32,000 nt of DNA, taken from assembly GCA_017416485.1 (NCBI GenBank), contig JAFQCH010000023.1:31262-63261 (forward strand), read 5' to 3'. Positions 25,756-32,000 of this stretch are shown here, one piece after another. The DNA is from Clostridia bacterium. GTDB lineage: Bacteria; Bacillota; Clostridia; Oscillospirales; Acutalibacteraceae. The translations under genes were made by a program, and so were the position numbers. The first letter of the stretch is position 1. Every line of letters starts with the position of its first letter. The notes beneath the pieces are model-generated. The model worked only from the letters and a program-made list of their open reading frames with translations. It had not been told where the DNA came from and did not search any database.

Positions 25756-26523
25756 TTATTCTTTATTTTCGATTTCTTTATATAAAAATCTGTTTCGTTT
25801 GAATTTTTCAGGGGGCTTGATGGGGTGCAGGCATTTGTCGTTGCCGACAAAATCGGATGTTTCCGGCCCTTTTTTTGCAACCCAGTTTACGGCATTTTTC
25901 AGAATCAGGCGCACATTCTCATTCTTGTAAATGGGGAATGTTTCATGTCCCGGCTGGAAGTAGAAAAACCTGCCCTCGTCCTTGTGGAAGCAGCATCCCG
26001 AGCGGAACACTTCGCCGCCTTCAAACCAACCCGTGAATACAACACTGTCGGGTGTTGGAATGTAAAAATGTTCGCCGTACATTTCTTCATGGTCAAGGCG
26101 GAAGCCTTGTTCCACGCCCTGTGCAATCGGATGGAACGGATCGGTCGTCCACACGCGTTCAGCTTCATTGGCTTCGCGCCAACGCAGGGAACAAGGTGTG
26201 CCGCAAAGGGTGGTAAACGGTTTGGAAAAATGTGCCGAATGCAGAAAAATAGCGCCCATGCCTTCGCTGACCCGCTTGCAGACATATTCGTTGATTGCGT
26301 CGGGCACTTTGTCATGTGCAATATGCCCCCACCAGATCAGCACATCGGTCTTGTCAAGTTCCTCTTTGCTTAAACCTGTTTCAATGTCGGCAAGGGTAAC
26401 GCAGCTTACATCATGTTCTTTGTCAAAAATGGTTTTCAGTTCATTGTGTAATCCGTTGCTGTATGCTTTTTTGTGCGCAGGAAGATTTTGCATAACATTT
26501 TCATTATAAATAATAATTTTCAT
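25756..26523 (-). CDS. ThuA-domain (trehalose-utilisation-like, class I glutamine-amidotransferase-fold) protein
   Basis: MKIIIYNEN...DVLIWWGHIAHDKV...IFLHSAHFSKPF...HEEMYGEHFYIP is typical of ThuA-like proteins. The start is at ATG 26523; the upstream part of the track ORF reads through the intergenic spacer into the 3' end of the Mrp gene. Confidence 0.8.
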   Translation of the reverse strand: MKIIIYNENVMQNLPAHKKAYSNGLHNELKTIFDKEHDVSCVTLADIETGLSKEELDKTDVLIWWGHIAHDKVPDAINEYVCKRVSEGMGAIFLHSAHFSKPFTTLCGTPCSLRWREANEAERVWTTDPFHPIAQGVEQGFRLDHEEMYGEHFYIPTPDSVVFTGWFEGGEVFRSGCCFHKDEGRFFYFQPGHETFPIYKNENVRLILKNAVNWVAKKGPETSDFVGNDKCLHPIKPPEKFKRNRFLYKEIENKE

Positions 26524-26546
26524 GCTTTTGCATCCTTTCTGTTGGT

Positions 26547-27371
26547 TTATTTGCCGATGATTGCATCCGCAAAATCGCTTAACATTTCCGTATCGGCAAG
26601 CTCGGCCATGCCTGCATCGCAACCCGCGGCAAGTTTCGGATTGACGGGTGTTTGCACCGTTGCGGGAATATTGAATTTAGCGGCAATTTCATCCAGTTTG
26701 CTCTCGCCGTAAATGTAATGCTTTTTGTTGCAATCCGGGCAGACAAAATAAGAGAAATTTTCAACAATACCCAACACGGGAATGTTCATAAGCCCTGCCA
26801 TGCGCACCGCCTTTTCAACAATCATCGAAACCAGATCCTGCGGGCTGGTGACCACAACAATGCCGTCCAGCGGAATAGATTGAAACACGGTCAGCGGTAC
26901 ATCGCCCGTTCCGGGAGGCATGTCTATAAACAGGTAATCAAGCTCGTTCCAAACAACATCCGTCCAGAACTGCTTCACCGTGCCGGCAATAACGGGACCT
27001 CGCCACACAACGGGCGCACCCGCATCTTCCAACAGCAGATTGACGGACATGATTTCAATTCCCGTTTTGGTCAAAACCGGGAAAATGCCGAGGTCGCTTC
27101 CCGTCGCCCGTTCGGTGATGCCGAAACTTTTTGGGATGGACGGTCCCGTAATATCCGCATCGAGAATACCGACCTTAAACCCTCTGCGTTTTGCTTCAAC
27201 GGCGAGCAGGGAAGTGACCATGGATTTGCCGACACCGCCTTTGCCGCTGACGATGCCGATCACTTTTTTAATATCGGAATGTTCGTTCATGGGCGCAAGA
27301 AAACTCGATGCTTGCTCGCGCGAACTGCATTTTGCAGAGCAGTTTGAACAATCATGATTGCATTCGGACAT
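26547..27371 (-). CDS. Mrp/NBP35 (ApbC) family iron-sulfur cluster carrier ATPase
   Basis: Deviant Walker A SGKGGVGKS, the CPDC (CxxC) cluster-bridging motif, and an N-terminal CNHDCSNCSAKC cysteine motif. Start at ATG 27371. Confidence 0.9.
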   Translation of the reverse strand: MSECNHDCSNCSAKCSSREQASSFLAPMNEHSDIKKVIGIVSGKGGVGKSMVTSLLAVEAKRRGFKVGILDADITGPSIPKSFGITERATGSDLGIFPVLTKTGIEIMSVNLLLEDAGAPVVWRGPVIAGTVKQFWTDVVWNELDYLFIDMPPGTGDVPLTVFQSIPLDGIVVVTSPQDLVSMIVEKAVRMAGLMNIPVLGIVENFSYFVCPDCNKKHYIYGESKLDEIAAKFNIPATVQTPVNPKLAAGCDAGMAELADTEMLSDFADAIIGK

Positions 27372-27413
27372 AGTTAAAAATCCTTTCTGTTTTATAATGT
27401 AATGATGTATTTT

Positions 27414-27441
27414 ATTATACACCTCTTTTTTCCGAAGTCAA
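27414..27441 (-). promoter_or_regulatory. Candidate sigma-A promoter for the Mrp/ThuA pair
   Basis: Minus strand: TTGACT (27441-27436), 16-nt spacer, TATAAT (27419-27414). Confidence 0.45.
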
Positions 27442-27551
27442 GCTGTCTTTGCGGGTAAAAATAATAGTCAAACCCCTTTTTTTGTGCAAAACCTGGAAAA
27501 ATGCTTCTTAAAATTTGTTCATTTTTACATGGCTTGTGAAAATATGTTTTC

Positions 27552-27579
27552 TTGACATTTTTGTGTAAATCAGTATAAT
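27552..27579 (+). promoter_or_regulatory. Sigma-A type promoter for the giant surface protein gene
   Basis: TTGACA 27552-27557, 16-nt spacer, TATAAT 27574-27579. The short leader contains an 8-bp hairpin (TCCTACGG/CCGTGGGA) before the AAAGGAG RBS. Confidence 0.65.
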
Positions 27580-27642
27580 ATAAGTAACTGTAATTCCTAC
27601 GGGATTATTCTGCCGTGGGATAGAAAAAAGGAGTGTTGCTCA

Positions 27643-30600
27643 ATGAAAAACGCTAAAAGACTGTCAAAGAAGTTGCTTTCTGCCCTTCTTTGCCTTTGCC
27701 TCGTGCTGCCGCTGTTCTCGGCGGCTTTGGTTCCCCTTGCCGCGGAACTGAAAGCTGCACTTGCAACGGAAGCATCCGCCGCCCTTACGGATGATTTGAA
27801 CGTTATTGAATATGAAGATGGGGGCTATCATTATTTTTATTTTGATGCAAACAGTGCAAAATTTTTATCTAAAATCGAAGTCAAAAGAAGAAGTCAATGG
27901 CAAGCCGGAAATCTTGCAAATCAACTTAAAGATGAAGGCTATTATTATCCAAATGATATAGACTTGAATCAAGGGTGCACTACGGGTAACAGGATTAAAT
28001 TTGGTTTTATGAATAGTAGCAATCCGTCGGAGTTTATTACAAAAATTGCTGTTTCCACAACTCATAATTCTAATTCAAATATTGATACCAAACCTACATG
28101 GCCTGCTTACTATAGATTCAGCGATTCAGGAAAAGCATACGATGTTTCGTGGAAAAAATCAAGCAATGTAAATCTTAATGCTGAGGGTTTGAGTGGTGAT
28201 AATGCATTAGGTGATACTTATTTGTATTTTTGCCAAACTTCAGATACGCGTGTCGGTGCGCCTTTGACTATGGTTCGTGCTGATGAGTATGAAGATCCTG
28301 TATCTAATCTGCATTTCGCTCGTTATTTGGATAACACTTCTGTTGCAGATTTGAACCAAGATGCCGGCGGCCGTTATGTTTATTTATGGATGACTGATGA
28401 TGCGTTCTCCGGATTGCCCATGCACGAAGATCATAAATATCTTACCACTACCGGTTCTGAAGACGTTTCTTCTGCATTGCAGAGTCTCGAGACCACATTT
28501 AATAGATATAATGATTACTTGAAAAGTGACATTTATACTTCTGCATCTTATGAAGCATTGGAAACTGCGTTGACCCAGGCTGCTAATATTTTTGAAGATT
28601 ATAAAGACTATTACAGTTCTGTCTATACGCCTGCAACGATTTCCCAGGCTGCTATGGAAATTTCTTCTGCAGCAATGTCACTTGCAACCACCGTTACTTT
28701 TAATGTTAAGCAAAACGGCGGTGATGGCGAAAATGCTACGGAAGACCTTATTGTTGGTATCAACAACTCCGGCGCATTCGACTACAATACCTCCAAGAAA
28801 GCAACCAAAGAAGGTTGGAGCTTTGTTGGTTGGAACGCCGACCCCAATGCAACCACCGGCGAAATGTCTTTCACGGTCGGCTTTAAAGATACGGTTTATG
28901 CAATTTTCTCCAAAACTGTTGATGTGCAGTTTTCTTATCTGACTCCCGTCGGTTCCGTTGCATCTGCAAGAGAGCAACTCATTTATTATAATAATGAAAC
29001 AACGAAGACTGCAACAGTTCCCGATTTGACAGGATTTGAAAATGTTTCCAAAAAGGGTAATTTTACACTGCTTGGTTTCCGTGCAGACAATGTTCCCGGC
29101 CCCGCTGACGAAACAATTAAAAATTCAATTTCTTACGATGCAGATACTGCTAACCCGTCTTATCGTTATTATGCAGTTTACAGCCGTGATGATCTGACCC
29201 TCAGCTACGATTTGAATTATGATGATGCCCCGGCTGCTCCTGCATCACAGCAAACAAGTCAGTATATCAGTGCTGCAAACAAGAGAGAAGCAAAGTCCTT
29301 TACTATTACAGATGTTATCCCGGAACGCGAAGGTTATACTTTTACCGGCTGGGCTGAAAAAAGAGGCGCAGATGCTACCTTGCATGCAGGTGATACTTTC
29401 AGCATTGATGTCGATAAAATCCTCTATGCTTGCTGGATTCCCACGCAATACACCGTTACCTATGATACCAACGGCGGCAAAGATCTTGCCCCGCTGACGT
29501 ATGACACCGAAAACAAGAAAACAAAACTTGCAACCCCCAAGAAAGACGGTTACACATTTGTTTCCTGGATTGTAGATGCTGTAGATGAAGAGAATCCCGG
29601 CACGTGGGTTAAAGGCACGGAATTTGAAGCCGGCACCAGACTGCTCGGCAACAAGGGTGACGTTACCCTCAAGGCACAGTGGACTCCCAATGACGGCATC
29701 CGATATGCTGTTTACCACATGCTGCAGACTGCAGACGGCGAAGGTTATGAACAGTATCGTGCAAACATCAAAAGAGGTGTTGCTGATTCTGTTGTTGATG
29801 TCCGCGATATGATCATTACCGACATATACGGCTATGAATTTGCAAAGTCCGAAGCAAACAGTGTTGAATTCCAAGATACCACAACACTTCTGCCCGACGG
29901 CTCTCTTGCAATCTATCTCTACTATGATCGTGTTTCCTTTAAGGTTGAGTTGACTGATGTTGAACATGCAACTGTACTCGGTGGAAAGTCTTATCGCTAT
30001 GGTGAAACGGCAGAGGTTGGCGCAATATGTGACCCCGGCTATGCTGTTACCAAATGGGTAGATGAAGAGGACAATGTTGTTTCTGATCTTGCCGGTTTCC
30101 AATTCGTTGTCGAAAAAGATATTATTCTCACTCCTGTTGTTGTTCCGCAGAGCTATACAATCACCATTGAAGGCGGCGACGTAATTGAATACTATTACGG
30201 CGGCAATTTCTCCGGCATTGATGCAACAAAGGTTGGTTATACATTCAAAGAATGGAGAATCACTGTCGATGACAGCCGTGAAAATAACTGGCTTGATGTC
30301 TTTGAAGGCGGCGTCATTACTCCCGATTCACAGTTTGATCCTACCATATTGTTTGGTAATGTAATCCTGACTCCTGTTTACGAGGCAAATACATATACCA
30401 TTACATTTGAAACCTCTGGCGGCACACCCGTTGCTCCAATTACCTATGATATTGAAACATCTGTCACTCTTCCTGTAACAGAAAAAGATGGTTATCTGTT
30501 CGCAGGCTGGTATGTAGATGAAACGGCAGGCAACTGGGGCACTACCTATGCTGGCAATCAAGTTGTATCCGGCATGTATGGCGACATTACGCTGAAGGCA

Positions 30601-32000
30601 GACTATCGTGAACTTGCCTATACGCTTACCTTTGATGTTGACGGCGGCAACAGTGTAGATGCCATAATTTATTCAAACACCGGTGCAGTCTTCCGTCCCA
30701 TCGGTGCAGAAGCAGTGCTTCCCACTCCCGTTCGCCCCGGTTATGCGTTCGCAGGTTGGACCTGTACGGCTGTTTCTGATAATCCTGCAAATCCCGGTTA
30801 CACATGGACTGTAGGTGCCGTCTATGAAGCAGGTTCTGCTCTCACAGGACAGGTTGGTAATGCAGCATTCAAGGCAAATTGGACCAAAGTTGATTTGGCT
30901 CTTGCCGTCACCGTTCCTGAAAACATCGTAACATATGTCGGACCTGATGCCATCCAAACAGGCGAACCCTTTGAAGCCACCTTTACTGCAAAAGAAGGTT
31001 ATGAACTCGGCTCAAAAGTAACCATTCTTGTGGACGACAAACCTCTTTACAGAGCCAATTATGAATATGCCTGCAATGCAGACCGTTCAAGTGCAACGTT
31101 GAAAGTATTTGGTTCTGCTGTTGTCGGCGACCTTGACATTACCGTCACAGCAAGCCCGATCGTATATACCATTACCTACGATCAGGTTTACGCTAACCAC
31201 GGTTTTGCAACCACTTATACAATTGAATCCGATCCGATCACGATCGGTGCTCCTGTCAGAAGCGGTTATGAATTTGCCGGTTGGCAGGGAACAGATCTCA
31301 CCGGCGATGCTGCAGATAATATGTCGATTACAATTTCCACCGGCAGCATCGGCGACAGAGCATACACAGCAAACTGGAACAGAGAATACAGAGTTGTATT
31401 TGTAAACACGGGTGACACAGAAATTCAACCCATTACATTTAGACTCGGCGAGCAAATTGAGATTCCCACCCCCACCAAGGAAGGCAGCAAGTTTGTCACT
31501 TGGAATGCAGAAGGCTGGAGCGTAGATACCCTTGAACCCGGAACACATCCTGCAAAGGCTAATGACCTTCGTCTGACTGCTGTATTTGATGATTCCACCA
31601 CCTACACCGTTGAAACATACTATATGAATACCGACGGTGAATATGAAAAGACTGAGAACGATGATATTCACGACAAAGTATTTGTTGGTGACGCTGTTTC
31701 TGTTACTCCTGATGCTGAAGTAGGCTTCACGCTGGATGCTGAAAAGAGTGTTCTCAGCGGCACTGTTGCTAAAGACGGCGCACTTACCCTGAAAGTGTAC
31801 TATGCAAGAAATCAGTACACCGTATCTGTGGAAACAGACGCAAATATTGCTTCTGTTGAAGGTGACGGCACATACTATTATGAAGAAGAAGTTACCTTGC
31901 TTGCAACTGCAAAGCCCGGCTACAGTGTTGTTGGCTGGACCGGCGATGCGGAAGAAGAAGGCGATACAATTGTTGTTAAAGTTGATACAAAGAATATCGC
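27643..32000 (+). CDS. Giant secreted/cell-surface protein with Listeria-Bacteroides (Flg_new / InlB B-repeat-like) modules; more than 1452 codons, 3' end outside the window
   Basis: My own translation of frame 1 from ATG 27643 met no stop codon up to position 32000. Signal peptide MKNAKRLSKKLLSALLCLCLVLPLFSAALVPLAA. It contains repeated YT(I/V)TFxxxGG...(D/E)GYxFxGW...LxAxW modules. It is missing from the ORF track because it is open-ended. Confidence 0.85.
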   Translation, partial: MKNAKRLSKKLLSALLCLCLVLPLFSAALVPLAAELKAALATEASAALTDDLNVIEYEDGGYHYFYFDANSAKFLSKIEVKRRSQWQAGNLANQLKDEGYYYPNDIDLNQGCTTGNRIKFGFMNSSNPSEFITKIAVSTTHNSNSNIDTKPTWPAYYRFSDSGKAYDVSWKKSSNVNLNAEGLSGDNALGDTYLYFCQTSDTRVGAPLTMVRADEYEDPVSNLHFARYLDNTSVADLNQDAGGRYVYLWMTDDAFSGLPMHEDHKYLTTTGSEDVSSALQSLETTFNRYNDYLKSDIYTSASYEALETALTQAANIFEDYKDYYSSVYTPATISQAAMEISSAAMSLATTVTFNVKQNGGDGENATEDLIVGINNSGAFDYNTSKKATKEGWSFVGWNADPNATTGEMSFTVGFKDTVYAIFSKTVDVQFSYLTPVGSVASAREQLIYYNNETTKTATVPDLTGFENVSKKGNFTLLGFRADNVPGPADETIKNSISYDADTANPSYRYYAVYSRDDLTLSYDLNYDDAPAAPASQQTSQYISAANKREAKSFTITDVIPEREGYTFTGWAEKRGADATLHAGDTFSIDVDKILYACWIPTQYTVTYDTNGGKDLAPLTYDTENKKTKLATPKKDGYTFVSWIVDAVDEENPGTWVKGTEFEAGTRLLGNKGDVTLKAQWTPNDGIRYAVYHMLQTADGEGYEQYRANIKRGVADSVVDVRDMIITDIYGYEFAKSEANSVEFQDTTTLLPDGSLAIYLYYDRVSFKVELTDVEHATVLGGKSYRYGETAEVGAICDPGYAVTKWVDEEDNVVSDLAGFQFVVEKDIILTPVVVPQSYTITIEGGDVIEYYYGGNFSGIDATKVGYTFKEWRITVDDSRENNWLDVFEGGVITPDSQFDPTILFGNVILTPVYEANTYTITFETSGGTPVAPITYDIETSVTLPVTEKDGYLFAGWYVDETAGNWGTTYAGNQVVSGMYGDITLKADYRELAYTLTFDVDGGNSVDAIIYSNTGAVFRPIGAEAVLPTPVRPGYAFAGWTCTAVSDNPANPGYTWTVGAVYEAGSALTGQVGNAAFKANWTKVDLALAVTVPENIVTYVGPDAIQTGEPFEATFTAKEGYELGSKVTILVDDKPLYRANYEYACNADRSSATLKVFGSAVVGDLDITVTASPIVYTITYDQVYANHGFATTYTIESDPITIGAPVRSGYEFAGWQGTDLTGDAADNMSITISTGSIGDRAYTANWNREYRVVFVNTGDTEIQPITFRLGEQIEIPTPTKEGSKFVTWNAEGWSVDTLEPGTHPAKANDLRLTAVFDDSTTYTVETYYMNTDGEYEKTENDDIHDKVFVGDAVSVTPDAEVGFTLDAEKSVLSGTVAKDGALTLKVYYARNQYTVSVETDANIASVEGDGTYYYEEEVTLLATAKPGYSVVGWTGDAEEEGDTIVVKVDTKNI
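28690..32000 (+). repeat. Protein-level tandem array of about 12 diverged Flg_new / Flg_new_2-type modules, interspersed with two Y-x-V-x-(H/Y)...YY-x-R beta-sandwich-like modules
   Basis: GW-type motif occurrences: KEGWSFVGWN, REGYTFTGWA, KDGYTFVSWI, DPGYAVTKWV, KVGYTFKEWR, KDGYLFAGWY, RPGYAFAGWT, RSGYEFAGWQ, KEGSKFVTWN, KPGYSVVGWT, plus degenerate copies. The DNA copies are diverged, so this is not a recent duplication. Confidence 0.7.

Noticed and set aside
27455-27492. GGGT...ACCC stem followed by a T7 run on the plus strand between the Mrp gene and the surface-protein promoter (a possible small RNA terminator).
   Set aside because: The stem is only 4-5 bp with a 15-nt loop. There is no upstream plus-strand promoter or gene to terminate. 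It is more likely just an A/T-rich UP-element-like region.
28690-32000. Possibility that the repeat array is a diversity-generating (DGR) or recently amplified DNA repeat.
   Set aside because: The module copies are strongly diverged at the nucleotide level, for example in the six GGTTA(T/C)...TGG motif regions I compared. There is no template/variable repeat pair with adenine-specific differences and no reverse transcriptase gene in the window.
1-32000. Scan for CRISPR arrays, tRNA/rRNA genes, IS elements, integrases, toxin-antitoxin pairs or known defence genes.
   Set aside because: I could see no regularly spaced direct repeats, no tRNA-like GTTCGAATC-type arms, no transposase/integrase-like ORFs and no nuclease/helicase/methylase clusters. 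This was a by-eye scan only, so short elements could have been missed.

Overview
This window looks like low-GC Gram-positive (Clostridia-like) chromosome. The evidence is a T-box leader, TTGACA/TATAAT-type promoters, AGGAGG ribosome-binding sites and a Listeria-Bacteroides-repeat surface protein. Most of it is conserved housekeeping. pheS-pheT sits behind a Phe T-box. There is a rimM-trmD pair, a stand-alone HPr gene, and a uvrC / HAD phosphatase / rsmD / coaD / coiled-coil protein / DUF4830 / pseudouridine synthase block. Between these lie accessory metabolic genes: (1) a HAD-IIA phosphatase, GH13 alpha-glucosidase, alpha/beta hydrolase and DUF1624 membrane protein operon; (2) a run of ester-hydrolase genes (beta-lactamase fold, SGNH, secreted lipase); (3) a tightly packed substrate-binding protein, permease, short ATPase and S51 peptidase operon next to a Crp/Fnr regulator; (4) a metallophosphoesterase, an Eis-like GNAT and a Gfo/Idh/MocA oxidoreductase; (5) an Mrp/NBP35 plus ThuA-like pair. 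Two genes are missing from the supplied ORF track because they run off the window: the N-terminal 400 codons of pheT (1..1201, minus strand) and a giant secreted repeat protein (27643..32000 and beyond, plus strand). I found no rRNA, tRNA, CRISPR array, transposase, integrase or recognisable defence gene, and no clear novel multi-gene system. The best second-look candidates are: (a) the compositionally foreign N-terminal module of the giant surface protein, which has a three-fold internal repeat; (b) a low-GC, Cys-rich orphan ORF translationally coupled to the SGNH hydrolase; (c) the ABC importer fused in an operon with an S51 peptidase, beside a Crp/Fnr regulator carrying a four-Cys cluster. 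The many long antisense ORFs in the track are codon-aligned shadow ORFs, not genes.
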